Shown in pieces: positions 12,255 through 24,721 of a stretch of DNA of 64,000 nt. The stretch spans positions 133,818 to 197,817 of the forward strand of contig JAQGDQ010000437.1 in assembly GCA_030141605.1 (NCBI GenBank), in the 5' to 3' direction. The translations under genes and the position numbers were made by a program. Numbering within the stretch: the first letter of the stretch is position 1; each line of letters begins with the position of its first letter. Under the pieces are notes generated by a model. The model was not told the origin of the DNA. It worked only from the letters and a program-made list of their open reading frames with translations, and made no database searches. The DNA comes from Tubiluchus corallicola. Its lineage: Eukaryota > Animalia > Priapulida.

Positions 12255-14080
12255 GAGCATTTTAAATTACTCAGTTCAAGTTAGAATTTATTCCCTTGGT
12301 TAAACGTGATAAGAATGTGCAGGTAATTCAAGTAAGTGTTTATTCCCTTGGTTAAACGTGATAAGGTGGAAATGCACGAGCATTTTAAATTATTCAATTC
12401 TAGTTAGAATTTATTCCCTTGGTTAAACGTCATAAGAATGTGTAGGTAATTCAAGTAAATATTTATTCCCTTGGTTAAACGTGATAAGGTGGAAATGCAT
12501 GAGCATTTTAAATTATTCATTTTAAGTTAGGATTTATTCCCTTCGTTAAACGTGATAAGGTGGAAATGCATTAGCATTTTAAATTATTCAAGTTAGAATT
12601 TATTCCCTTGGTTAAACGTGATAACAATGTGCAGGTAATTCAAGTAAGTGTTTATTCCCTTGGTTAAACGTGATAAGGTGGAAATGCATGAGCATTTTAA
12701 ATTATTCATTTCAAGTTAGGATTTATTCCCTTGGTTAAACGTGATAAGGTGGAAATGCACGAACATTTTAAATTATTCAGTTCAACTTAGGATTTATTCC
12801 CTTGGTTAAACGTGATAAGAATGTGCAGGTAATTCAAGTAAGTGTTTATTCCCTTGGTTAAACGTGATAAGGTGGAAATGCACGAGCATTTTAAATTATT
12901 CAATTCTAGTTAGAATTTATTCCCTTGGTTAAACGTCATAAGAATGTGTAGGTAATTCAAGTAAATATTTATTCCCTTGGTTAAACGTGATAAGGTGGAA
13001 ATGCATGAGCATTTTAAATTATTCATTTTAAGTTAGGATTTATTCCCTTCGTTAAACGTGATAAGGTGGAAATGCATTAGCATTTTAAATTATTCAAGTT
13101 AGAATTTATTCCCTTGGTTAAACGTGATAACAATGTGCAGGTAATTCAAGTAAGTGTTTATTCCCTTGGTTAAACGTGATAAGGTGGAAATGCATGAGCA
13201 TTTTAAATTATTCATTTCAAGTTAGGATTTATTCCCTTGGTTAAACGTGATAAGGTGGAAATGCACGAACATTTTAAATTATTCAGTTCAACTTAGGATT
13301 TATTCCCTTGGTTAAACGTGATAAGAATGTGCAGGTAATTCAAGTAAGTGTTTATTCCCTTGGTTAAACGTGATAAGGTGGAAATGCACGAGCATTTTAA
13401 ATTATTAAGTTCAAGTTAGAATTTATTCCCTTGGTTAAACGTGATAACAATGTGCAGGTAATTCAAGTAAGTATTTATTCCCTTGGTTAAACGTGATAAG
13501 GTGGAAATGCGCGAGCATTTTAAATTATTCATTTCAAGTAAGGATTTATTCCCTTGGTTAAACGTGATAAGAATGTGCAGGTAATTCAAGTAAGTAGTTA
13601 TTCCCTTGGTTCAACGTGATAAGAATGTGCAGGTAATTCAGGTAAGTGTTTGTTCCCTTGGTTAAACGTGATAAGGTGGAAATGCACGAGCATTTTAAAT
13701 TATTCAAGTTAGAATCTATTTCCCTTGGTTAAACGTGATAAGAATGTGCAGGTAATTCAACTTAGAATCTATTTCCTTGGTTAAACGTGATAAGAATGTG
13801 CAGGTAATTCAAGTAAGTTTTATTCCCATGGTTAAAGGTGATAAGATGGAAATGCAAGAGCATTTTAAATTATTCAGTTCAAGTTAGAATTTATTCCCTT
13901 GGTTAAACGTGATAACAATGTGCAGGTAATTCAAGTAAGTGTTTATTCCCTTGGTTAAACGTGATAAGGTGGAAATGCACGAGCATTTTAAATTATTCAA
14001 TTCAAGTAAGGATTTAATCCCTTGGTTAAACATGATAAGACTGTGCAGATTATTCAAGTTAGCATTTATTCCCTTGGCTA
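12255..14080. repeat. Higher-order minisatellite: constant 27-bp core with two alternating linker types
   Basis: Core tttattcccttggttaaacgtgataag. Diagnostic variants recur at a 506-bp period (12430/12936; 12541/13047). Confidence 0.93.
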
Positions 14081-15384
14081 AATACTTGTATATGATTAGT
14101 GCTTTTTATTGGTCAATGTTTCGAAACTTTTCTGGACTTTATCTAATAACATCAACTATCTTTTTAACCACAAGAGGAAAAAAGCAAAGAACAGTTCGGT
14201 TATCGACACAAAACATCCGAATTTAATTTTCAATACTGATTCCGTTGCTCAGACACTAAAATTACATCAAAGATCAAAAATTTACATCGATATTCATTTA
14301 AAATAAGCCGTAACGAGCATGTTTCACTACCATGCACTATCACAACGTACAAACGACACACAAGAATGGTAATGATTATCATACAACGTAATAAATAGTA
14401 GCAGTTTGCGCACGGTGAACTTGAATATTACACATCAGGGCGCATATATGTACAGAAATTTAATAAATAAGTGACATTAATGTCAAGAACAAGTGAACAT
14501 CTTAATTTTGAGAACAAGCGAAAGTGGTACCGTTCAAAACAAATGAGCATTCTAGTGTAACGACGCTTCCAACGAGTCTTACGTTCGGGTATACGTCTAA
14601 AGAATCACGATAATAAAATTTTGACTTTGTTCACATTTTGCTATCATAGTTGTGATAAAACACCAATTTTGACTTTGTTCACATTTTGCTATCATTTAAT
14701 GATAGAAATAAATAAATTTTTGCAGAAATATAGTTAAAATATCTGTCCTCAACAAGTATTTTGCATTCTATAAAACAAAAAGGTACAATCTCGAGGAAAA
14801 GAGGTTTACAAGAAAAAAATCATGAAAGTTTACCTTGCAAATGTGACTCAACATCTTATCTAGCTTCAACAACCACAACAACTTAACATATCAAAAAATC
14901 ACAATATACAATTTGCACACAAGTTTTGCATCAAGAAATAATAATTTAATCTGTCTGATATCGCCTATGTTACCACATACAAAGCTAATCTACAACGCAC
15001 TAGCACTTGCGTTCGAAAAAGCTCTAAAAGGAATTTATAAAAGCATCGGGTCTCACCAACAGTCGGCGCGCATAAAGACGAAACATTCAACACGAAATGA
15101 TAGAAAATGACCATGATTAGTAATGCAAAAGTAAAAGCTCCATTAAACTTGTACACTTTTACTTTGATAAGAGACAATTTTGATAGAACTGCTACATCTA
15201 AATTATAACTGTGCTCATTTATTTCACATACATCCAGGCAGTAATAAATTAGTCGGATTTAAGTAGCTTTATACAATTATGCCACCATTTTGGTACAATA
15301 CTACTAATGCGATGTGGCAAATATTACGATAATAAATAAGTAATAAAACACTCAGATAAGAAAGCTATATACAAAGCAGACGAC

Positions 15385-15955
15385 TACGGTTGTGCTAGAG
15401 TGCATACTCCAGTGACTACAGCTGTGCTAGAGCGTATGCTTTAGGCATTGCTAGAGTGCATACTCCATTGGGGTTAGAGTGCATACTCCAGTGATTGCAG
15501 CTATGCTAGCGTGCATACTCCAGTGACAACAGTGGGGTTAGAGTGCATACTCCAGTGATTGCAGCAATGCTAGAGTGCATACTCCAGTGACTACATGGGT
15601 GCTAGACTGCATGCTCCGGTGATTGCAGTTATGCTAGAGTGCATATTCCAGTGACTACAGCGGTGCTAGACTGCATGCTTCAGTGACTACAGCCACACTA
15701 GAGCGCATACTCCAGTGACTAAAGAATTGCTAGAGTGCATACTCCAGTGACTAAAGCATTGCTAGAGTGCATACTCCAGTATTACAGCCATGTTAGAGTG
15801 CATAGTCCAGTGACTACAGCCACAATAGAGTGCATACTCCAGTGACTAAAGCATTGCTAGAGCGCATACTCCTAGAGTGCATACTCCAGTGACTACAGCT
15901 ATGCTAGAGTGCATACTCCATTGACTATGACGGTGCTAGAGTACATACTTCAGTG
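15385..15955. repeat. Minisatellite, unit about 32 bp
   Basis: Unit gctagagtgcatactccagtgactacagctgt with moderate divergence. Confidence 0.9.
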
Positions 15956-16512
15956 AGCGGAGGTATAAATTTATCACCGACACAAATATATTCACAACGA
16001 TGAAAAATTCACAAAGTTGAAAATGACATTCATTTACTACACTACGAGCGAGCAAAATTTAACGTCACAACAAGCTCATTCTAGATTATGCTTTTTTCTC
16101 ACATATCACACTTAATTCATGGGAATGTATCGGGTGGTGTGGGCAGTGCATCACAACACATTAACAATGTGTAATAACAATATTAACAATAACGTGTAAA
16201 CTATTCGATTATGTTTCCATCACGCACATAATATTATACTTTCATAATTTATTTCTGATTTTAGCTTCTGGTACATTGTTGTTATGGCTTTAACTTTAAA
16301 CATTTTTATTGCAGATAACTATTATGAGATTTGATTGTTAAAATAGTTACATTTCATTAGCAGAATTGAATTTGATGGAATGCTATCCATCCATCATTTT
16401 ATAGACAGTTGTATACCGTAGCTTTGTGACAACCATTATTTTGTAATTCTGGTTTGCACGCATAACTGTACAGTAAGTCCTCTCACTTAACGACTCCCTA
16501 CTTAGCGATACT

Positions 16513-17071
16513 GTCTACAGCCATATCACGTTGAAAACGCTGGTTCTCGTCTGACCACCGAAGTTAAGCAACGTAGAGCCTGGTTATTACTTGGATGGGT
16601 GACCGCCGAGGAATACCAGGTGCTGTAGGCTTAGGGGATGCCCACACTGTATCTTGACACTAGGCGGAGGAGCTGCACAAGCGACCAACGGCTAGAGGGC
16701 AGAGGAGGTCAAGTGACCCAACGGCCATGTGTAGAGGAGTAAACCTTCCAAATCAGGAGTGGAGCCCTGAAGGCGGACCAGTGCAGCATGCTTACTGACT
16801 CCGGCAGCTCCTGCAGCCAACCTGGTGCCAAACGTATCGCTCCGCTTTCCTTTGGACTACACCAGGGAGGAAGAGAGGGGTTCCTGCGGTCTGGGCAACA
16901 CCAGGATCTCCATACAGCTTGCCCAGGCATGCGCCCTGAAGAGGCCACTTCAGTAGTTCAAGGATCGGATTGCTCAGCCACAGTCGACGCTGCAGCTCCA
17001 TCAATGTGATCAATAACTGACTCTCTTGGCGCACATTCCATTGTCTTCCGAGAGAGAAGGATGCCAACCAA
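16513..17071 (+). mobile_element. 5S-derived SINE3, copy 2
   Basis: Full 5S head (gtctacagccatatcacgttgaaa...gtaggctt) plus the shared body and RTE-like tail. Confidence 0.92.
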
Positions 17072-17126
17072 TAATTTTGGACGGCTTCTATCCCATTCAT
17101 TTTGCTAATTTACATTTCTATTACAG

Positions 17127-17249
17127 TATGAGAAGCCACCATCCAGGATCCCGTACAAAGCCATAACTCTTGCAGTTATTTTGTTTTTAATGGGTTGTAT
17201 TCTCATCATCATCGGTGCCTTACTTCTCACGGGTTACATTGATGCAAAA
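17127..17249 (+). pseudogene. TMEM230: Isolated TMEM230 internal exon (no partner exons seen in window)
   Basis: ttacag|[41 protein letters not shown]|gtgagt matches TMEM230 (human [40 protein letters not shown]). Splice sites intact; phase 0/0. Confidence 0.8.
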
Positions 17250-18041
17250 GTGAGTATGGCAGATGCTTCGGCTAATCATTTGACACCGTTCTTTTGCTTA
17301 GCATCGCATGCTTCACTTTAACGACACTTTTTTGCCTTACCTTAAACACTAATTTACTGCATTTGTACTCAATCAAGAAGCCAGCCACTTAACCCAGATC
17401 ACGGTAGCACAACTAAACTGACAGCAGACAATCAGCTATACCCAGGCCACCATGATTCACTGCTCTTCCAGGCTTAGATAAAATCCATGATAAAACGCAA
17501 GAGCTTCAGCTGATAAAACTCCCTCCTGTTACACAGTTAATTGCTCATTTACAATTCGGTTTTCCTCAGTTCAAACTGGTAATATTAGTAATATTTTAAT
17601 CAAAGAAACGCTTTAGAACTATAAGCAATAAACCTTATAAGGTGTTTAATTTATGAGCCAAATGTTATTGATTTTTCTCCTGCAATATAACCGAACCTTT
17701 TAACATAGCCACGCTCAGTGATTTTTGTCCACTGCAATCAAGTGAATGTTTTTGCATTGCGAAGCACTACTGATTTTTGCACCTGGAACACGACTGAATG
17801 GTTTTACATGGAAAACAGTGTTTCGTTTAGCAACGTTTCACTTAACACGTTTTGCTGGAATGCATTGGCATCGTTAAGCGAGGACTTACTGTATAGTATT
17901 GTCTAATAGTAATGTTACAATGGTCTGTGTAATGTTACAATGGTATGTGTAACATTATTGTGATTTGTGACCACGAGATTGCCAATTTGAGCAAGAAGTC
18001 CGTTTATCAGCACACTGTGTTGATTTTGTAAATAAATTCAT

Positions 18042-18370
18042 CAGGTAGTCATCGTCTTACGACCTAACCGACTTACGAATGTTCCACTTTATAACCCACG
18101 TAAGACTTTATTGATTAACTAAAGGAAATCAAATTTAACTCGTACTTCTTTTGATTTTTTAAACAAATTAACTTTATATTGTTATCTGTTTCAGAAAATT
18201 CATCATAGGTGGTGCTACCATAGTTAGAGCACACACATACACACACAATCTCTCGTGCGTAAGAGTGCACCATTTGAATTACGTTGAATATACGGGGCCG
18301 ACTTGTACCCCTATTTGTCTTACGATCGATCTGCAGGAACCGAATGTGGCCAGAAATCAACGACTACCTG
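18042..18370. mobile_element. Tc1/mariner-type MITE
   Basis: Ends caggtagtc ... gactacctg|ta. Confidence 0.55.
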
Positions 18371-18521
18371 TATCATTAAAACGTCCCTACCAGTAAATGT
18401 TTGACGATTCTTGAAAGTCAGGTTTTGAATCCCGGTTGAAAATTATGAGCAAAATGGTAGGAAAGCCGAGTGACAGATATTGAGGATATAGAAGAACTTT
18501 GAAGCACCGATCGTGCAGAAA

Positions 18522-20746
18522 TCATTTACGGCGATTCCTTGGCGCTGCTTGCGGCGGCGACGTCTGATTCGACACCGCCTGGCGATACTCTTCTAAAATA
18601 TTCTGCACACGCTCCATTATGGCGGGGTCATTATCGGGCTGGGGTTTGGGCGCCGTATTCGTGTTGCGACGGGGCTGAGGGGACCCTGATTGCGGGACCG
18701 AATTTGGGCGCATTGGGGGCGAGGGATACGGCTTTTTACTGCCCAGTGGCTGAGTAGGTGGCGCCGAACTCGACGCACCCGGATGACTGACATTCGGTGC
18801 GGGTTTGTGCGCAATCAACGTGATTTGTTGGGGGACAATGAGAGGAGATGTTGGCTTGGTGAGTACTATAGTTGTGGGGGGCGGGTGCACAGAAACGAAT
18901 GTCGGTGGGCTGGGCACTGCCTGCACATTTTGCACTGGCACTGTGCTGCTAATGAAAGTAACGGTTTGTACTGGCGGATTTGTGGTCGTCTGATACTCTT
19001 GTAGGGTATCATTAATCTCCGACTGCTCGGTAAGGTGCTCCTCTTTTACCGATCCGGCTGCCAGGCTGGGCAGTACTGCCGATAGCGTTTGCGATGAGTT
19101 GAGCACGTGACTCATGCCGGGCAGCGGCGAATCTACCGAAAACAAGTTTGAACACGTTGTGGCGGCGGGTGTCGCCGCTTTATGCTCTATGATGACCTTT
19201 GGCTGCGTTTGCACAGACTCCACCGTCTGATTGGCCAGTTCTTCTTCCAACGACTCATCCGCTCCAATCACCATACTGTTCGACGGTTGCCTAGCCGAGA
19301 ACAGGGAAGAGAAGCTTGGCAGTTTCGTGCCCTGGAGCAGCGACACGGACACTGGCGGGTTCGCCTGCTGCGAGCTGGCAATCACAGAATTTGCACTTAT
19401 CGTGCTGTTGACCACGTCCAGCTGACTGGCCGTATATGGAGAGGGTGGTGGAGGCATCATTATCGTATACGGTGTCATGGCAAAAGGCCACTGACTGCTA
19501 ACCACAGGATAGGGTACGCTGAGGCGCATCTGCATCTGGCCCGACCAGTCCGGGTGTGGACTGGTCAGCACGGAAGTGCTCGCGTCTAGTAGATCGGCCT
19601 CGGAATGGGCAGTGCTGATAGCCTCCTTCGCCAGCTCGCTGGAGACCACATGGGGAGCAAGATCAATGTTAACAGCAGATATTTCAGTTGTCGGTGAGGA
19701 CATGTCTCTGTTCAAGAGATGAGAATCATCCGCGTCCGCTGCTGCTTCTTTTGCGCTGTCCCGATCACTCGAAATCTGCGACTCTTGTTCTGACGTGCTG
19801 CTGGGATATGCCGCTGATTGGTTGACTAAGTCGTCTAAGCCGTCCGTAGAGGTAGGAAAAGAAACCGAATTTTGCAAGGTAATGTCTGGCGGCAACGGTT
19901 TGACAAATGTTTGTCCGTTCTCTTGAAGGTCGGCAGCCACGCTGCTCGACACGGTGTCACTCGAGGGCAAGTGATGCAGAGGTCTCGTTGCCGGTTCGGG
20001 AAGTGAAACGGAAAGTTTATCTCCGTCGCCGTCGACCTTTCCCGCCTTCTTGCTTTCCTTCTCTTTCTCGCCACTGGCAAGCAGCCTTGATGGCGCCGCC
20101 GTACGCGTGTACGGATACGTTGCAACTTCGGGATATGGATACGGTCTCGGAGGAGGCATTTCCTTAAAGGGGACTTCTATTTTCGGTAACGAAGCCATCT
20201 GCGGGAGTGGGCGACTATGTACATCTATGAAGCACGGAGCGTTACGTAAAATGTTGTTAACTTTTGCTTCGTGTGTTTGTGAAGGGTCGTAATTACTTTC
20301 ATTTGCTGATGTGGTGTTATTATTATTACAGTTTACGTCTGCAATCATTGCGTCTAATTCGTCCTTGTCGTCTGTCCTTAAATCTTGTGAGTGATCGTTT
20401 ACATACTTTGAGTTGGATAAGTTATTAGAAGAACCGTTCAACTTTGCCGTGCACGACTGTGACACTATCCCTACTTGCTCGCTCTGTGTGTTACTATTTG
20501 ATGGTTCGTTTGTGTAAGTGTACATATCAGCTTGACTTTCACCGCATTCCCAGTTGCCCTCGCTGCCCACCAGTCTTTGTTTTTTCCACGGAACGTGACC
20601 GGGCAAAGCGTTTTTCTTCTGCCGAGCCCGCTTCTTTTTCCCCGGCTGCTCCGGGTCGCTGTACGACGACGGGGGAGCGAATTCGTCCGGCCGTTCCATT
20701 CTCTGCTTCTCCTCCCACTCTGCTTGCGTCAATTCTCTCACTCCCA
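18522..20746 (-). CDS. CCDC174: CCDC174 long alternative last exon (about 741 aa; isoform about 1093 aa)
   Basis: ttgcag acceptor, phase 1. Starts VGVRELTQAEWEEKQRMERPDEFAPPSSY (cf. human ...RAERDPEFAPPSDY). 2.2-kb uninterrupted, GC-richer, S/P/T/Q-rich ORF. Confidence 0.85.
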
Positions 20747-20832
20747 CTGCAACAGCAAACAGAAAACGAACCGTTCAGCTGCGTCGTGTGAACATACCTT
20801 TATTTTTACGTACACAGACTACTTTCCAACAA

Positions 20833-20930
20833 TTAACTGTACAGATTGGATGGTGGCGGCGCAAACTGTCGGGGTCTTTCCGAGCGTTTTTTCTCTATCC
20901 ACTCATCCTGGGTCATTTGCCGATGTGGAG
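20833..20930 (-). CDS. CCDC174: CCDC174 short alternative last exon (isoform about 384 aa)
   Basis: cttgcag acceptor, phase 1; APHRQMTQDEWIEKKRSERPRQFAPPPSNLYS*. AATAAA about 30 nt after the stop (20804-20799). Confidence 0.75.
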
Positions 20931-21654
20931 CTGCAAGCAAACGAACACCAATGTGCAACGACAACACCAACATGCTAAGTAAATAAATAAATAAAAGAAA
21001 TAAACAACTAGAAAAAAAAACAGTGCTATAACTACTGGCTAACAAACATGCATCGATGTACTAAACATGTAACGTACGATAAACTATAAATGCGTACCTA
21101 ATAAACTATCTTTAAAGCAAATCTGGACCCAATTTTGAACTGTAGGTCAAAACAACCTACTCCTTAAAATATTGAAAGGACAAATTTCAAAAATGACGTG
21201 TGAAAAATCACAAATTTCTGTGTGAATTGGCAAAAGCTACAATCATTTCAATGCACATTTTACCAATTTTTCCAGAATTAATGAAGACAAATTTATGTAT
21301 TTAGAAAGTTTTGGCTTCATGATGCACGCGCCGTAAAGAAGCCAGTGTGAGTTAATTTACGTATTAATTTAGGAACTGGTTCGAGGAGTTAACCTCGTTA
21401 AAATAGTACGTTACTGCGCTTTCGAAAAAAGAATAAATTTAGCGTTTTGACAGAAGAAAAAGTTCTCGTTTTTTGTTTACTGTCATCGCAAAAGTCACCA
21501 TGACAAGTAATCATAACAGACTACATTTTTAAAGGAAAAGCTAACACATTCTCATACTGTAGCTTTAAGCAACCTAATCCATAAAATACTGAAAAGGAAC
21601 GCATTGTTTTTTAAGAATGCTTTACCTGAAAGAATTATTACCACACAAACACAA

Positions 21655-22390
21655 TTTCACGTTCGTGCCACTATGCTTCGCTGTGACATGCATTTCGCCG
21701 TTTGCTAGCTAGATGGGCATTTCGGAAACGCCTTGCACAAAGAGCAGGTGCTGTCACTTCTCAATTCAGATGTGTCTGACGAACTACACACGTCCGATGG
21801 CTCATGCATGAGCACAGCGATAAATTCGAAATTTGAATTTTCATCTTTAAACTTTCCTAGTGTTACTATAACACACTGTATCTCTAGTAGACAGGATGAT
21901 TTTTCATATACTACCCCATTTTCAAGTCCGATAAAAGGTAGATACCTTTGTGCATTTTAGCACAATACCAAAAGTGTGCCTGATAATTAATTAAGATTAA
22001 AAACTCATTTAATGGCTGGCAAGCTCAACTAGTGATAACATCACAAATTAACATAATGTTCAACAGCAAAAATATCCCACGAGCGTGTTGCACGTGTTTG
22101 CAAAAGCAAAAATTGAAGTACAGTGTTACTGTAAAGTATTCAGTGTGTTGTACTAAAACTAGACAAGTTTTAAGATAGAAAGTCAAATTTCAAATTTACC
22201 GCTGTACTCACACGAGTTGTCGAACGTGTGCAGTTCATCACAAACTAACACATCTGAACTGAGAGGTACAGTACCTGTTTTTGTGGAATGCGTTTCCGAA
22301 ATGCTAGACTAGTGAATGGCGAACTAGACTTCGTCCAACTAGTGAATGGCAAAATGCATGTAACAGCGAAGAACTAGTGGTGCGAAATTC
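21655..22390. mobile_element. Degenerate element with long imperfect TIRs
   Basis: 21661-21740 is an inverted match to 22278-22390. The interior is related to 5480-5760. Confidence 0.55.
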
Positions 22391-22721
22391 AATATTTTAA
22401 AGAGCAGATTGTTTTGATCGGCAGTTTAAGATTGGCTCCGGTTTTGCTTTAAGTTCGGCATCGTGATTTAATGAATCCCAGAAATATCAATGCTGTATTT
22501 CAACATTTTCATATTTTCCATCTTTCAATCTTGGTATGAAAATTGAATCAATTGTGGGTTAAGGCCATGACTGACACAAACATCTAATTGACCCGGGGCT
22601 GATGGCATTTCACATGCAAAGAGTTCAAGTGCCGATATACATTGAAAGTCTATTGGAGATCATTTATTGGTCATCCTTTGAGCTTTTAAATTGGAGCATT
22701 GGTGGTTTAGAGTATCTAGAG

Positions 22722-23200
22722 CAGGGGTGTGCAAATTATCTGATTAACGGGGTCACATTAGACTTTCCCGCAATTCCTGTGGGCCACAGGCAGTTTGATC
22801 AAGGAGCCAAGTACAGAAAGGCCTAATAACGATTTTTTTTGCATCCGACCTGCGTACATCATTACTACTGCACTCAAGAAACTATTTTAGAAGTTATTAA
22901 AATTTATATTACAAACCATATATTTCTACTTTCAGGACAGATAGTGGTAATTTCATTACAATGTATATTAGTAATGTGTATCACACAGTCTGTGTAGTAC
23001 AGTGTTATTAAGCTACAACCGTCTTGTAAGGGTTAATGGCATCCGATCTAGTAGAAAAAACTACCCACACTATCTTTGGGATTGTGGCATGGACTTCAGC
23101 TGGATACACTCAATCGCACGGGCCTCACTTTCATTAGGTTGACAAATCTCTTCGCGGGCCGCACAAATTCTCTCGGCGGGCCACAATTTGCACACCCCTG
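22722..23200. mobile_element. hAT (Charlie-like) MITE
   Basis: TIR caggggtgtgcaaatt/aatttgcacacccctg; perfect 8-bp TSD ATCTAGAG. Confidence 0.92.
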
Positions 23201-23554
23201 ATCTAGAGGGTGCCCCTAATAGTACCTCCAAATCAATTTCGATCACATTTTTTGGGTTCATCGGTGAAACTTTGATCCTCGTTACCTGAAGGATCTTTAC
23301 TCTTTACTACATAAAGACCATTGGCTCTAAATAATAAATCTGATCATGGAGATCACATATTTGTCATTTTTAAAGGACAGCAAAATGGCCAACCAAAGTA
23401 CGCCTCAGAAAATTCGCAATAAAAATTATATCGCCCAAGTATACTCTTAAGCGAATAATCACGTTTTCGATTTTACTCAAATTTTTGTAAAATATTTCAA
23501 CTGCTGCAGTAAATGTTGGCACAGACATGTTTCATTTAGTCCGCCAAAATGAAA

Positions 23555-23740
23555 AGCCAGCACGTGACTGATCACGTGGCATGACGTCACTCGAACACAG
23601 TCGCAGTGAGTTCTGAGCACGTGTACTATAAAGATTTGTGTTGTCTTTCTGTAACGCCATCTAATATGGCGCCGCCGTGACAGTCTCGCGGGATTATTTA
23701 AAATGAAAACAAACAGGAAATTCTTTTTAACGTGAGTATG
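23555..23740. promoter_or_regulatory. Promoter-like motif cluster inside CCDC174 intron 9
   Basis: Three CACGTG, TGACGTCA, TATAAA, two opposed YY1-like ATGGCG, TCTCGCGGGA and a GTGAGT donor, all within about 180 bp. Confidence 0.5.
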
Positions 23741-24721
23741 ATAAACGGTTAAGATTACCTCTAGCCGTTATGATTCTTTAGCGAAAATTTTCTGAGACTT
23801 GTTTTAACTAGGCCTTTTCTTGTTCTTTAATGGAGACCTGTCAATCTATGTTATTTTTTCATCACTTTTCTTTATTTTGGAGAATATATACTTATACACG
23901 TCAAATTTGCTAAATGGTACTGCGCCACACATTCTGTTTCACCTATGCTGTTTCAATCTCTCTCATGTCTGTTTAGTCATAATAATTCTATGAGTATTTC
24001 TTATGCTGAGATATATAAAACTCTTCAAGAAAATTTTTATCAAAACGCATCTAACAAATTGGTACTGAATTCGTTTGTCAAATTAATATTGTGTGTGTAC
24101 TTAATAGAAACTTAGTAGTACTTATCTAGTACATATTTAGTAATTCTGCTTAATTCTTAGGTATACAGTAAACGCTAAACGCTTAAGATTGCCTCCATAA
24201 GATTGACCATTATAATTCTTTAGCGAAAATTTTGTGAAACTTGCTTTAACTAGGCCGTTTCTTGACCTTTACATTTAGAGATTGGTGGATTATGAAGGGG
24301 GCGCCACTAACGTACCCCAATATCACACTTTCAGTACACGAATAATAATAACAACGTAGTATTCAGTACAAAAATACAAACTTCTATCAGTTCCGCAATT
24401 CAAGAGTTGGTCGGTTAGCGAACGCAAAATTGGAAGAGTAAAAACGAGAAAAAACCGAAAGGAATGACTGAAAGGGTGCCTGAAGTTACGACATAAAATC
24501 CTACCACCCCTCCGTGTATGGTCCACGACCGGCGAATGAAACACGTCCATTTATTCACAATCTACCAATGACAGTCGTGAAATATGGACATAATTCTTTA
24601 GCCAAATCACGGATGTCAGAAACAGGTTTGTGTGCAAGGTGCAAAGTCTACAATCTAAACAACAACAACAACAAGAGAAATAAATGCGACCACTGCGCAT
24701 GCAAACCGTGCAAGTTTGTAC

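Larger units (their letters stand above)
16471..17891. mobile_element. TA-flanked Tc1/mariner(Tigger)-like non-autonomous element containing a SINE3 and a TMEM230 exon
   Basis: Left TA|cagtaagtcctctcacttaacga; right tcgttaagcgaggacttactg|TA. A related TIR sequence is at 62839. Confidence 0.75.

Noticed and set aside
12255-14080. CRISPR array
   Set aside because: The spacers fall into only two recurring types, there are no cas genes, and the context is eukaryotic.
15385-15955. CRISPR-like palindromic repeats
   Set aside because: The variable part is only about 9 nt and is related between units; an ordinary minisatellite.
18539-20982. Overlapping + strand and alternative-frame ORFs within the long CCDC174 exon
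   Set aside because: Shadow ORFs of a GC-richer coding exon; no recognisable domains.
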